Of a stretch of DNA of 64,000 bases, positions 27,809 through 41,053 are shown in pieces. The notes under the pieces are model-generated. The model saw only the letters and a list, made by a program, of their open reading frames with translations. It did not search any database and was not told the DNA's origin. A program made the position numbers and the translations under genes. The DNA is from Mobula hypostoma (taxonomy: Eukaryota): the NCBI RefSeq assembly GCF_963921235.1, contig NC_086097.1:181042001-181106000 (forward strand), read 5' to 3'. The stretch's first letter is position 1. Every line of letters starts with the position of its first letter.

Positions 27809-30700
27809 ATTTGAATACGCGCAGTATACGGAATAAGGTAAATGAACTTGCAGCACAGTTGTCGAATGGAAGGTATGATGTTGTAGCCACCGCTGAATCA
27901 TGGCTGAAAGATTATAGCTGGGAGCTTAATGTCCAAGGATACATATTGTATCCGAAGGATAGGCAGGAAGGCAGAGGGAGTGGTGTTGCTCTGTTGGTAA
28001 AAAATGAAACCAAATCATTAGAAAGAGGTGACATAGGGTCAGAAAGTGTTGAATCATTGTGAATAGAGCTAAGGAACTGCAAGGGTAAAAAGACCCTGAT
28101 GGGAGTTTTATACAGGCACTCAAACAGTAGTAAGGATGTGGCCTTCAAATTACAACGGGAGACAGAAAACACATGCCTAAAGGGAAATGTTACAATCATC
28201 ATGGAGAGGCCTCAATATGCAAATTGATTGGGAAAATCAGGTCGGTGCTGGATTCCAGGAGGGGGAATCTCTCGAATGTCTACGAGATGGCTTTTTAGAG
28301 CCTTTCATGGTTGAGCCCACTACAGAAACAGCTATTCTGGATTGGGTATTGTGTAATGAACGAGAATTTATTAGAGAGCATAAGGGTAAAAGAACCCTTA
28401 GGGGAAAGTGACCATATGATTAAATTCCCAGGCAAATGATATATACACCCCAAAGAGGAAGAAGTATTCTAAAGGAAAATTGACAAACCGTGGCTAACAA
28501 GAGAAGTCAAAGTCAACATAAAAGCCAAAGAGTGGGTATATAATAAAGCAAAAATTGGTGGAAAGTTAGAGGTTTGGGAAGCTTTTAAAAACGAACAGAA
28601 GGCAACTAAAAAGTCAAAAAGATAAGGATGGAATATAAAAGTAAGCCAGCCAATAGTATTAAAGAGGATACCAAAAGCTTCTTCAGATAAATAAAGTGTA
28701 AAAGAGAGATGAAAGTCGATATCAGACCACTGAAAAACAATACTGGGGACATAGTAATGGGGCAAGTAAATGGCAGATGAACTGAATAAGCATTATGCAT
28801 CAGCCTTCACTGTGCAAGACACCAGGTGGAAGTTCCAGGTGTCAGGGGGCATGAAGTGTGTGAAGTTACCATAACTAGAGAGAAGGTTCTTGGGGAAAAC
28901 TGAAAAGTCTGAAGGCAAATGAGTTACCTGGACCAGATGGTATAAACCCCATGATACTGAAAGAGGTGGCTTAAAAAATTGTAGAAGCATCACTAGATTC
29001 TGGAATGGTTCCGGAAGATGGGAAAATTGTAAGTGTCACTCTACTCTTGAAGAAGGGAGAGAGGCAGACGGAAGGAAACTATAAGTCAGTTAGTCTGACC
29101 TCTGTGGTTGGGAAGATGTTGGAGTCAATTATTAAGGATGAAGTCTCAGGAGGCATATGATAAAATAGGCCATAGTCAGCATGGTTTCCTCAAGGGAACC
29201 GTTTTATCTTGCCTGATAAATCAGTTGGAATTCTTTGAAGAAATAACAAGCAAGATAAACAAAGGAGAATCAGTTGATGTTGTGTGCTTGGATTTTCAGA
29301 AGGCCTTTAACAAGGAACCACAACTGAGGCTGCCTAACAAGCTACGAGCCCATGGTATCACAAGAAAGATTCTAGCATGGATAAAGCAGTAGCTGATTGG
29401 CATGAGGCAAAGAGTGGGAATAAAGGGAGCCTTTTCTGTCTGGTTGCCAACGAATAGTGGTGGTCCACAGGGGTCTGTGTTGGGACCAATTCTTTTTACG
29501 TTCTACGTCAATGATTTGGATGAATGAATTGATGGCTTTGTTGAAAGGTTTGCAGACAATATGAAGATAAGTGGAGGAGTAGGTAGTTTTGAGGAAGTAG
29601 AGAGACTACAGAAAGACAGGAGAATGGGCAAAGAAATGGAAGGTGGAATATAGTGTTGGAAAGTGTATGGTCATACATTGACCATTTTCTAAATGGAGAG
29701 AAAATGCAAAAAGCTGAGGTGCAAAGAGACTTGCAAGTCCTTGTGCAGGATTCACTAAAGGTTAATATACAGGTTGAGTCTGTGGAAGGCAAATACAATG
29801 TTAGCATTCATTTCAAGAGGACTGGAATAGGATATAATGTTAAGACTTTATAAAGTACTTGTGAGGCCTCACTTGAAGTATTGTGAGCAGGTTTGGGCCC
29901 TTTATCTTAGAAAGGATGTGCTGAAACTGGAGAGGGTTCGAAGGAGATTCACGAAAATGATTCCAGGATTGAATGGCTTGTCATACGAAGAGCATTTGAA
30001 GGCTCTGGGTCTGTATTCTCTCGAATTCAGAAGAATGAGGGGTGATCTCATTGAAATCTATTAAATGGTGAAAGGGATTGATAGAGTGGATGTGGAGAGG
30101 ATGTTTCCAATGGTGGGAGAGTCTAAGACCAGAGGACACAGCCTCAGAATAGCGGGGCATCCTTTTGTAATGGACATGAGGATGAACTTCTTTAGCCAGA
30201 GAGTGGTGAAGCTGTGGAATTCTTTGCCACAGGCAGCTGGAGGCCAAGTCATTAAGTATACTTAAGGTAGAGGTTGATAGATTTTTGATTGGTCAGGGCA
30301 TGAAGGGATACAGAGAGATTGGCACTGAGAGGAAAACTGGATCAGCTATGATGAAATGGCGGAGCAGACTTGATGAGCCAAATGGCCTAATTCTGCTCCT
30401 ACATCTTATGGTCTAAGATTTGACAGAGGCATACAGAATTATGAGGGGAAGAGACAGGGTAAATACAAGCAGACTTTTTCCACTGAGGTTGAGTGAGACT
30501 ACTACTAGACGTCATGGGTTAAAGGTGAAAGGTGAAATGTTTAAGGGGAACATGAGGGGAAACTTCACTCAGAGTGTGGAGAGAGTGCAGAATGAGCAAC
30601 TGCTGGATGTGACTTTGATTTCACCATTTAAGAAAAATTTGGATAGGTACATGGATGGGAGAGGTATGGAGGTTGATGGTCTGGGTGTAGTTCAATGGGA
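27809..30700 (+). mobile_element. Decayed CR1 ORF2 (EN to 3' end) plus a further 3' fragment
   Basis: YLNTRSIRNK, SQHGFLKG, DFQKAFNK, RPHLKYC, RTRGHSL. Confidence 0.85.
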
Positions 30701-31484
30701 CTAGAAGCCCAACCTCCCTGAACCTCTCAAATTGGGGTGGGGATTGGTCAGTTTCTCTGAACAATCAGAATGATAATGATCTCTATCAGGAGGACCTGAG
30801 ACTGAAGTCTGAAAGGCAACATAGTCTTAGCCTGTAAGTTGAATTGTTTTGATACAGTTAAAAGAGTACAAGCGTACAGCCTTGACAGTACATAATGATG
30901 AATGAATATATTTTTGTCTAGAGAAGGTGAGATCATCGTGCAGATGCAGATTGCAAATGGTGCTTTATCATGGGAAAGTACTAGTGTAAGGGACTTTGAA
31001 GGATATAAAAAAGGGCAATTTCTTTGTGCAAAGGGGAATCTTCTAGGTTGGGTCATGATTAGCGGTAGCACTAAGGGTTGGATGTTGGAGATAGAGACAG
31101 AACATCTAGGGAGCGAGAGAGATTGTAAGAGGAAAGGCTGCATAAAAGTTTCTCAAAATTCCTTCCAGTATTCTGCAGATCAGCATATTTAGTGCATGCC
31201 AAGTATTAGTTTGTTTTCTGTACTACTACTTCATTAAATATTTGTTTTGCTTTCTGTATTGCAACTTTAGCATAACTCTAATAAAGTGATTTATTGTGTA
31301 CAATGACTCCTTTGTTTGCAAATACATCTGCAAATACCCCTTGCTGAATCAGAACACGGAACAAATTATAAAATATTTTTCATTACAGTAACCAACACAT
31401 GCTCCCTTTGCCCTGGGAGTGCTTGATGATGCAGTGTAGGGGAAAGATTCACTCTGTCTAACCCATGCCGTACATGATCTAGAA

Positions 31485-31524
31485 CAGGGGGTGGGGTCTG
31501 TGGACCCCAGGTTGGGAACTCCCG
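31485..31524. mobile_element. 40-bp hAT-Charlie-type MITE remnant
   Basis: caggg...ccaggttgggaactcccg ends; 8-bp TSD atctagaa / atttagaa matching NTCTAGAN. Confidence 0.7.
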
Positions 31525-31605
31525 ATTTAGAACAACTTGACATGACAGTGCATTTATAACTAAGATACATAAAGCTCCCAGCAGAATAAGGAATACTGTG
31601 CTTAC

Positions 31606-31662
31606 CTTCACAATCTCTGCATCAAGATCTCCATTACAACTGTCAAAATATTTCTTCAAATC
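31606..31662 (-). CDS. CDK5: CDK5 exon 5 (DLKKYFDSCNGDLDAEIVK, 57 nt)
   Basis: tttttcag|GAT...AAG|gtaag. Confidence 0.97.
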
Positions 31663-32374
31663 CTGAAAAAAAACCAAGAGGTTGAACAGTAGGATTAGCA
31701 GGCACTAATATGAAAACCAACAATAAGATTTGCTCCAGAGAACCCAATATGAAACCTTTGAGTTTAGTCCACACCACCAGTAATCCTTTCCAAGTAGATG
31801 CTATATATATTGCTCTATTTTTTGCACTACTTATTTTTATATACTTGTTGCGTTACAGTAATTTTTATGTATTGCATTGCACTGCTGCTGCAAAACAACA
31901 AATTTCACAACATATGTCAGTGATAATAATCCTGACTTGGATTTCTTTCAAATATTTCTCCACTCACCCTAACCTATGCCCTCTAGTTTTGGACTGCCTT
32001 ACTCTGCAAGAGAGCGGAGGAGAGATTGGAGGATCTAGCTTGGCCTATCAACACATGGTACAGTTGTTGCTGGTGCTCAGAAAAAGGCAAACACACCGTG
32101 ATAGTGCCACACCTCGGAGTGGAAAGGTTGCACCACTCTCCCCAGCCTGCTCAACACCAGCTTCACAGGCAGTGTCACCACACTGAGCTATCAGGCAACT
32201 CATTGCTGTCAGGTCTCATCACAGTTGAAAGCGACCTCAGCAGGTGTGTTTTTAAAGCACAGGTGGGTACATACCTCAGTATTCTGACTGAGGACCAAGT
32301 GCCATTTCATGTCTTCTGAAACATGTCATTTAGATTCTACCTGCAGGACCTGAGTGTCTGTTATCATTAAAACT

Positions 32375-32717
32375 TGAAAAACTAGAAAGAATAGACGTAG
32401 AGAGCTGTTTCCAACAGTGCAAAACTCTAGGACCAGAGGGCACCACCTCAGAATTGGATGTTCCCTTATAACAGAAATAAAGAGGAAGTTTTTTTTAGCC
32501 GGAGGGTGGTGAATCTATGGAATTCATTGCCACAGCCAGCTGTGGAGGCAGTCATTGGGTATATTTAAAGTACAGGTTGATATGTTCTTGATTAGTAAGG
32601 ATACCAAAAGTTATGAGAAGACATGAGAATGGGGTTGAAAGAGAAAAATACATCAGTTATGATCAAAGCAGACTTGATGGGCCAAATTGCCTAATTCTGC
32701 TCCAATGTCTTATGGTT
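32375..32717 (+). mobile_element. CR1 3' end
   Basis: 'ctaggaccagagggcac...gtggtgaatctatggaattcattgcc...tcttatggt' as in other CR1 tails. Confidence 0.75.
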
Positions 32718-32795
32718 CTCCCACATCAACTCCTCAAACTGTAATGGGCTCAGTTGCTCCCTGCTGATGATGGGAGGCCAGGCTGCAGCAGTTAC

Positions 32796-32856
32796 CTGAT
32801 CACAATATTCAAACACGAGGGTCAGCTTCTTATCGCTGTGAAGAACATCGTGCAGC
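32796..32856 (-). CDS. CDK5: CDK5 exon 4 (LHDVLHSDKKLTLVFEYCDQ, 61 nt)
   Basis: Acceptor ctctccaaag|G, donor CAG|gtaac; phase continuous with exons 3 and 5. Confidence 0.96.
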
Positions 32857-33096
32857 CTTTGGAGAGAAGAGAAAATGAAGATCAGATTGAGAACTTCCAG
32901 CAGGGGAATTAATGTGTTATTTCTCAGCTCAGATACGAATGTTCCAGCATGAAACCTGTTCCCAGGTTTTACAACTAACACAACCAGATCTGTTATCAGA
33001 AAAAGTTGGCATGAGATGGTGTTCATAGACTTATAATCACACAAAGTATATGATAGGGAGGTAGTCACACCTAGGCTGTCGGAAGCAGGTCGTTGG

Positions 33097-33801
33097 GTGA
33101 CAGTCAGAGGGGGGAAAGCGAAGGTGAGCAGACAGGTAGTGCAGAGCACCCCTATAGCCATTCCCCTGAATAATAAGTTTACCGTCCTGGATACTGTCGG
33201 CGGGGACGACCGACCAGGTGTGAGCCACGGTGGCAGGGCCTCCGGCACTGTGTCTGACCCTGTGGTGCAGAAGGGTGGGATGGAGAAGAGGAGAGCTGTC
33301 GTCATTGGAGACTCTATAGTCAGGGGAGCAGACAGGAGATTTTGTGGACGTGAGAAGGACACCCGCATGGTTTGTTGCCTCCCGGGTGCCAGGGTCCGGG
33401 ATGTCTCTGACAGGGTGCACGACATCCTGATACGAGAGGGAAAGCAACCAGAAATCGTGATACATGTTGGGACCAACAACATACGCAGGAAGAGGGATGA
33501 GGTCCTGAAGTGTGAGTTTCGGGAATTAGGCAGAAGGCTGAAGAACAGGACTTCAAGGGTGACATTCTCAAGATTGCTGCCAGTGCTACGTGACAGAGAT
33601 GGTAAGAATTGGAGGAGATGGCAGTTGAATGCGTGGCTGAGGAGTTGGTGCAGGGAGCAGGATTTTAGATTTTTAGATCATTGGGATCTCTTCTGGGGAA
33701 GGTGGGACCTGTACAGATTGGATGGGTTGCACCTGAACTCAAGGGGGAGCAATATCCTTGCAGGTAGGTTTGCTAGCATGGTTCGGGAGAGTTTAAACTA
33801 A
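33097..33801 (+). CDS. CR1 ORF1 SGNH/GDSL esterase domain (N-terminally truncated)
   Basis: VIGDSIVR, CLPGARV, IHVGTNN, DGLHLN. Confidence 0.85.
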   Translation: MTVRGGKAKVSRQVVQSTPIAIPLNNKFTVLDTVGGDDRPGVSHGGRASGTVSDPVVQKGGMEKRRAVVIGDSIVRGADRRFCGREKDTRMVCCLPGARVRDVSDRVHDILIREGKQPEIVIHVGTNNIRRKRDEVLKCEFRELGRRLKNRTSRVTFSRLLPVLRDRDGKNWRRWQLNAWLRSWCREQDFRFLDHWDLFWGRWDLYRLDGLHLNSRGSNILAGRFASMVRESLN

Positions 33802-33944
33802 TTTGCAAGGGGGATGGGACCCAGAGCGATAGAGCAGTGAAAGAAGTGCATGGAGTAAAGCCAGATCTAACATACAGAGAGGCTTTGAGGGAAGAGAAGT
33901 AGAATAAACAGTGTAAAGACAGGAAGGTAGAAGGGCTGAAATGT

Positions 33945-36697
33945 GTGTACATCAATGCAAGAAGCATCAGGAACAAAGGTGATGAACTGAGAGCTTGGAT
34001 ACATACATGGAATTATGATGTAGTGGCCATTACAGAGACTTGGCTGGCACCAGGGCAGGAATGGATTCTCAATATTCCTGGATTTCAGTGCTTTAAAAGG
34101 GATAGAGAGGGCGGAAAAAGGGGAGGTGTGGCATTACTGGTCAGGGATACTATTACAGCTACAGAAAGGGTGGGTAATGTAGCAGGATCCTCTTTTGAGT
34201 CAATATGGGTGGAAGTCAGGAACAGGAAGGGAGCAGTTACTCTACTGGGGGTATTCTATAGGCCCCCTGGTAGCAGCAGAGATACAGAGGAGCAGATAGG
34301 GAGGCAGATTTTGGAAAGGTGCAAAAATAACAGGGTTGTTATCATGGGTGACTTTAACTTCCCTAATATTGATTGGCACCTGATTAGTTCCAAGGGATTA
34401 GATGGGGCAGAATTTGTTAAGTGTGTACAGTATGTGGACAGGCCGACCAGGGGGAATGCCATACTAGATCTAGTACTAGGTAATGAACTGGGTCAGGTCA
34501 CAGATCTCTCAGTGGGTGAGCATCTGGGGGACAGTGACCACCGCTCCCTGGCCTTTATAATTATCATAGAAAAGGATAGAATCAAAGAGGACAGGAAAAT
34601 TTTTAATTGGGGAAAGGCAAATTATGAGGCTATAAGGCTAGAACTTGCGGATGTAAATTGGGAGGATGTTTTTGCAGGGAAATATACTATGGACATGTGG
34701 TCGATGTTTAGAGATCTCTTGCGGGATGTAAGGGATAAATTTGTCCCGGTGAGGAAGATAGGGTGAAGGAACCATGGGTGACAAGTGAGGTGGAAAATCT
34801 AGTCAGGAGGAAGAAGGCAGCATACATGAGGTTTAGGAAGCAAGAATCAGATGGGTCTATTGAGGAATATAGGGAAGCAAGAAAGGAGCTTAAGAAGGGG
34901 CTGAGAAGAGCAAGAAGGGGGCATGAGAAGGCCTTGGTGAGTAGGGTAAAGGAAAACCCAAAGGCATTCTTCAATTATGTGAAGAAAAAAAGGATGACAG
35001 GAGTGAAGGTAGGACCGATTAGAGATAAAGGTGGGAAGATGTGCCTGGAGGCTATGGAAGTGAGTGAGGTCCTCAATGAATACTTCTCTTCGGTATTCAC
35101 CAATGAGAGGGAACTTGATGATGGTGAGGACAATATGAGTGAGGTTGATGTTCTGGAGCATGCTGATATTAAGGGAGAGGAGGTGTTGGAGTTGTTAAAA
35201 TACATTAGGATAGATAAGTCCCCGGGGCCTGACGGAATATTCCCCAGGCTGCTCCACGAGGCGAGAGAAGAGATTGCAGAGCCTCTGGCTAGGATTTTTA
35301 TGTCCTCGTTGTCCACGGGAATGGTACCGGAGGATTGGAGGGAGGCGAATGTTGTTCCCTTGTTCAAAAAAGGTAGTAGGGATAGTCCGGGTAATTATAG
35401 ACCAGTGAGCCTTACGTCTGTGGTGGGAAAGCTGTTGGACAAGATTCTTAGAGATAGGATCTATAGGCATTTAGAGAATCATGGTCTGATCAGGGACAGT
35501 CAGCATGGCTTTGTGAAGAGCAGATCGTGTCTAACAAGCCTGATAGAGTTCTTTGAGGAGGTGACCAGGCATATAGATGAGGGTAGTGCAGCGGATGTGA
35601 TCTATATGGATTTTAGTAAGGCATTTGACAAGGTTCCACATGGTAGGCTTATTCAGAAAGTTAGAAGGCATGGGATCCAGGGGAGTTTGGCCAGGTGGAT
35701 TCAGAATTGGCTTGCCTGCAGAAGGTAGAGGGTGGTGGTGGAGGGAGTACATTCAGATTGGAGGATTGTGACTAGTGGTGTCCCACAAGGATCTGTTTTG
35801 GGACCTCTACTTTTCATGATTTTTATTAACAACCTGGATGTAGGGGTAGAAGGGTGGGTTGGCAAGTTTGCAGACGACACAAAGGTTGGTGGTGTTGTAG
35901 ATAGTGTAGAGGATTGTGAAAGATTGCAGAGAGACATTGATAGGATGCAGAAGTGGGCTGAGAAGTGGCAGATGGAGTTCAACCCGGAGAAGTGTGAGGT
36001 GGTACACTTTGGAAGGACAAACTCCAAGGCAGAGTACAAAGTAAATGGCAGGATACTTGGTAGTGTGGAGCAGCAGAGGGATCTGGGGGTACATGTCCAC
36101 AGATCACTGAAAGTTGCCTCACAGGTGGATAGGGTAGTTAAGAAAGCTTATGGGGTGTTAGCTTTCATAAATCGAGGGATAGAGTTTAAGAGTCGCGATG
36201 TAATGATGCAGCTCTATAAAACTCTGGTTAGGCCACACTTGGAGTATTGTGTCCAGTTCTGGTCACCTCACTATAGGAAGGATGTGGAAGCATTGGAAAG
36301 GGTACAGAGGAGATTTACCAGGATGCTGCCTGGTTTAGAGAGTATGGATTATGATCAGAGATTAAGGGAGCTAGGGCTTTACTCTTTGGAGAGAAGGAGG
36401 ATGAGAGGAGACATGATAGAGGTGTACAAGATAATAAGAGGAATAGATAGAGTGGATAGCCAGCGCCTCTTCCCCAGGGCACCACTGCTCAATACAAGAG
36501 GACATGGCTTTAAGGTAAGGGGTGGGAAATTCAAGGGGGATATTAGAGGAAGGTTTTTTACTCAGAGAGTGGTTGGTGCGTGGAATGCACTGCCTGAGTC
36601 AGTGGTGGAGGCAGATAGACTAGTGAAGTTTAAGAGACTACTAGACAGGTATATGGAGGAATCTAAGGTGGGGGCTTATATGGGAGGCAGGGTTTGA
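33945..36697 (+). pseudogene. CR1 ORF2 (EN-RT) with one frameshift (~34762) and one stop (35726-35728)
   Basis: NARSIRNK, GDFN, SDH; KSPGPDG, DFSKAFDKVPH, GVPQGSVLGP, KFADDTK. Confidence 0.92.
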
Positions 36698-37074
36698 GGG
36701 TCAGCACAACATTGCGGGCCGAAGGGCCTGTACTGTGCTGTACTGTTCTATGTTCTATGTTCTATACAGAAATAGGCCCTTTGGTTCACTGAGTCCATAT
36801 CAACCATCACACATCCATTTACGCTAATCCTACATTAGACACATTTTGTCTTATTCTCCCCATTCTCGTCAACTCTCCTCAAGTTCTATCCCTCATTTAC
36901 ACACCAGGGGCAATTGAGAGTGTCAATGAACTAATTAACCCACACATTGTTGGGATTAGGGAGGTAACCAAAGTGCCCAGTGGGACCCCACCCAGTCACA
37001 GAGAGAAGGTGCGAATTGCACAGTGCTGGAGGTTAGAATTGAACCAGATTTTCTGCCCTCAGCACCAGATCCTG

Positions 37075-38370
37075 TGACACACCACTAGGTACAAACCTTC
37101 AGTCAGAGAGGCAACCTTATACTACCACTCTCTGGATTCTCCCACAAAGCCAACGTCTAATCCAATTTGCTACTTCATCCTGAATACCGGGCAACTGAAC
37201 CTCCTTGACCAGCCTCCTATGCGGGACCTTGTCAAATGCCTTACTGAAATCCATGTAGACAATATCTACTGCCTTGCTTTCATCCACTTTCCTGGTAGCT
37301 TCCTCAAAAAATATTATAAGATTGGTTAGACATGATCTACCACACACAAAGCCATGCTGACTATATTTAATCAGTCCATGTCTATCCAAATACTTATATA
37401 TCCAGCCCCTTATAAAACCTTCCAATAACTTTCCCACAACTAATGTCAAAATCACTGGCCTATAATTGCCTGGTTTATGTTTGGAGCCTTCTTTAAACAG
37501 TGGAACAACACTGGCTATCCGCCAATCATCTTGTGCCTCTCCTGTCACTAAAGATGTTTTAAATAACCCTGCTAGGTCCCCGGCAATTTTTGCACTTGCC
37601 TCCCATAGGGTCCAAGGGAACGCCTTGTCAGAGCCTAGGGATTTATCCACTCTGATTTGTCTCTGGGTAGCAAACACTTCCTTCTCTGTAAACTGTCCAG
37701 GGTTGTTGAAGTTGATGCTGCTTTGCCTCACTTCTATCGACTCTGTATCTGTCTGCTGAATAAATATGGATGCAAAGAATTTACTTTAGATCTTCCCTAC
37801 CTGTTTTAGCTCCACACATATTTTACCATTCTGGTGTTCCAGAGAAACAATCTTGTCCCTAGCAATCTTTTTGCTCTTAACATATCTATAGAATCCCTTA
37901 GGATTCTCCTTCACCCTGACTGCTACAGCAACCTCATGCCTTCTTTTAGTTTTCCTGATTTATTTCTGAAGTGTTCTCTTACATCCTTTGTACTCTATAA
38001 GCAACTTACTTGTTCCTACGTGCCTATACCTGCTATGCATCTCCTTTTATCTCTTAACCAGGGCCTCAATATCTCTTGAAAACCAAGGTTCCCTACACTT
38101 GTTATCTTTACCTTTTACTCTGACAGGCTCATACAAGCTTTCAATTCTCAAAATTTCATTTTTGAAGGCCTCCCACTTTACAAGTGTACCTTTGCAGAAA
38201 ACAGCTTGTCCCAATCCACATTTCGCAGATCTGGATAGCAGATCCAGAATGGCACGCTCTCTTGTTGGGTCTTCTATGTACTGATGAAGAAAACTTTCCT
38301 GAACACATATGACAAACTCTATCCCATCTAGTCCTTTTACAGAATGGGACTCCCAGTCAATATGTGGAAA
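37075..38370 (-). mobile_element. CR1 EN/RT fragment
   Basis: ORFs 37117-37731 and 38047-38382. Confidence 0.85.
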
Positions 38371-38459
38371 GATATAGTACAAATCAAGTTACTAGAAGTG
38401 CACATTTTGGGATATAGACAAGCTAGAAAAATAACAGCGAGAAAGTAGATGGAGCTTAA

Positions 38460-40130
38460 TATGTACCAGTATGAGGTGTTACACTTTGAAGCATTGAGGT
38501 ACAGAGCGATCTTGAGATGTGGGTCCGTAGCTCCCAGGAAATAGCAATACATGTAGATACAGGATGTTAAAGAACGTGTTTGGCATGCTTGTTGCTAGGA
38601 CGTCGATTATAAAAGTCAGGAAGTCATGCTGCAGCCGTATAAAACTTTGGCTAGGCCGCAGTTGAAGTATTGTGTGTAGTTCTGGTCGTCCATTACAGGA
38701 AAGATGTGGAGAGTGTGAAGAAGGTGCAGAAGGGGTTCATCAGGATGTAGCCTGGAATTGAGAGTATTGGCTATAAGGAGCAGTTGGACAAACTTGGACT
38801 GTTTTATCTGGACCCTCAGAGGCTAAAGGGAGACCTGATGAATGTTTATAAAATTTCTGGAGTCTTAGACAGAGTAGATGATCAGTCTTTTTCCCATGTT
38901 AGAAATATAAGATACTAAAGACAAAAGGGGAAGTTTCTAAAAGAACATTTAGGAGGCAACTTCGTTTTTACTCAGAAGTGGGAGGTGATGGAAACACACT
39001 GCCAGGGAAAGTGGTGGAAGTAGATACAGGTGTGGATAGGAGACAATTAGACAAGCTCCTCGACAGACAGGGAATTGATAGATACAATGTGCAGGGAGAT
39101 GCCCACTTTAAATTGGCATTATGGTTGGCACAGACATCATGGACCAAAGAGCCCACTCCTGTGCTGTACTGTCCAAGTAACGAGAAATATAAGGGAACTG
39201 AAAGCCATGAGAAATTGACACAGAAGTGGAGTTGAGGCCTGGGTTAGGTCAGCCATCATCATAGTGAATGGCCAAGTAGCCTACTCTTGTTCCTGTGTTA
39301 TATCATAATATCTGTCATGACACAGGCCCATTGGATTCATGAGAGCAATCCTATTACACAAAGCTGGACTGAGAAGAGGCAGAGTTTAATCTGGAAAAGT
39401 GTGAAGTGATTCACTTTAGAAGGCTGAAGTTGAAGGCAGGATTTCGGGTTAAATGGCAGAATTCTTAGCAGTGTGTAGGAACAGAGGGATCTTGGGGTCC
39501 ACGTTCATAGATCCCTCAAAGTCGATAACAGTCGGCCTTCAAAGTTGGGGGCGGATGTTGAGTTCAAGAGCTGTGATGTAAAGTTGCATCTCTATAAAAC
39601 TCTAGTTAACACACTACGCTTGAAGTATTGTGTGCAGGTCTGGTCCCCTTATTACACAGAAATACAAAAATGCAGAGATTATTTACCAAGATGCTTCCGA
39701 GATTACAGAGCATGTCTCATGAGGATAGGTTGAGCAAGTTCTTTTTGGAGCGAAGGAGGTTGAGAGGTGACATGATAGAGGTGTATAAAATGAAAAGAGG
39801 CATTGATAGAGTTGACAGCCAGACATTTTCCCAGGGCAGAAATGGCTAAAACAAGGGGTCATAATGTTAAAGTGATTGGAGAAAATTACAGGGGGGTTGT
39901 CAGAGGGGGTTCCTGTTTTACTTTACACAGATACACAAAGACTGGTGGATGTGTGGAACACACTACAATGGGTGGTGGTAGAGGCAGATACATGAAGGAC
40001 ATTTGGATCAAAGAAAAGTGGAAGGCTATATGGGAGGGAAGGGCTCAATTGATCTTGAAGTAGGTTAATAAGCTGGCACAACATTGAGGACCGAAGGGTC
40101 CATATTGTGCTGTACGGTTCATTGTTGTAA
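38460..40130 (+). mobile_element. Stacked decayed CR1 3' fragments
   Basis: LYKTLV..LKYCVQ, LERRRLRGDMIEVYK, KTRGH motifs. Confidence 0.8.
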
Positions 40131-40534
40131 GTCCCACTTCCTCTCTTATTAAAACTCTTTAACTTTTACAGGAAGAGTTTAAGCAACAGGGCCTGAACTC
40201 ACTTTAAAAGCATGAGATGATATGAATAAAATGAGCAGAATTCACATGAGCTGGAAAGGATAGAAGCAGGGGTGATGTGAACTCCCGCTGGGCCAGGGAT
40301 GAGGAATCATCCATGTAGCACTGAGAAGAAAACTATTTCTTCACCCAGAAAGTGATAAATATTTGGAATTCTCCACCTGGAGACTCAGTTGCTGTGTACA
40401 CTAAAGACAAGTTAGAAAACTTTAAAATATTTAGGTAATCAGTAGTTGGTAGAGGAGAGTGGTGCTGTGGTAAAAGATCAGCCACACTATCTTCTGCAGT
40501 GTCCACATCCTTCTGACCAGCAGATTACTCCTAC

Positions 40535-40602
40535 CTCACAATGTTTTTATGTTTCAGCTCCTTCAGAAGACAGATTTCTCGTAGGGCGGAGCTGGGCACT
40601 CC
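40535..40602 (-). CDS. CDK5: CDK5 exon 3 (GVPSSALREICLLKELKHKNIVR, 68 nt)
   Basis: Read manually (absent from the ORF track); diagnostic PSSALRE helix; cag|GG...AG|gtag. Confidence 0.97.
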
Positions 40603-40964
40603 CTGAGTGAGAAAGAACACAAATAAATTATGTGGATCAGCTTCTGGCTTTAACTGCAGAGGGTGCTTCATACGCTGTAACTCAAGGGGACCACAGCCAG
40701 TTATGTTAACGCTAGCTAAATTCAGTCACATCCTGCAGCTCCGTAAGCTTCCCCCGAGCAAAATGCCACCCCAGAGGGCCGAAATACACATTGTAACCCC
40801 AAATTCTGCGTTCCCGGGTGCTCTCCAGCAGACATATAACCCTAGAGTAGAGGTTACACTACAACTGCAGGGGATACAGACATCTCCCGTACTCCAGGGA
40901 ACAAACTATGTCCTATCACAACAGGTACAAGTGAGTTGCACCCGAGATTTTTTGGATCATTTAC

Positions 40965-41053
40965 CTCATCATCATCATCCAGTCGAACTCTCTTCAGTGC
41001 CACAATTTCATGAGTTTCTTTGTTCTTTGCTTTAAACACTGTCCCATAGGTTC
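40965..41053 (-). CDS. CDK5: CDK5 exon 2 (GTYGTVFKAKNKETHEIVALKRVRLDDDDE, 89 nt)
   Basis: cag|GA...GAG|gtaa; completes the GEGTYG glycine loop and contains the VALK lysine. Confidence 0.97.

Larger units (their letters stand above)
33046..36764 (+). mobile_element. Young CR1 LINE, 5' truncated within ORF1, (tgttcta)n tail
   Basis: Esterase ORF1, EN and RT nearly intact; ends tgttctatgttctatgttcta. Confidence 0.93.

Noticed and set aside
32691..33482. 263-aa minus-strand ORF that appears to fuse new sequence to CDK5 exon 4
   Set aside because: Antisense of CR1 ORF1 plus intron read-through; no supporting splice structure
33097..33801. Host GDSL lipase gene
   Set aside because: This is the known esterase domain of CR1 ORF1, directly followed by EN-RT; decayed copies occur at ~24300 and ~45300
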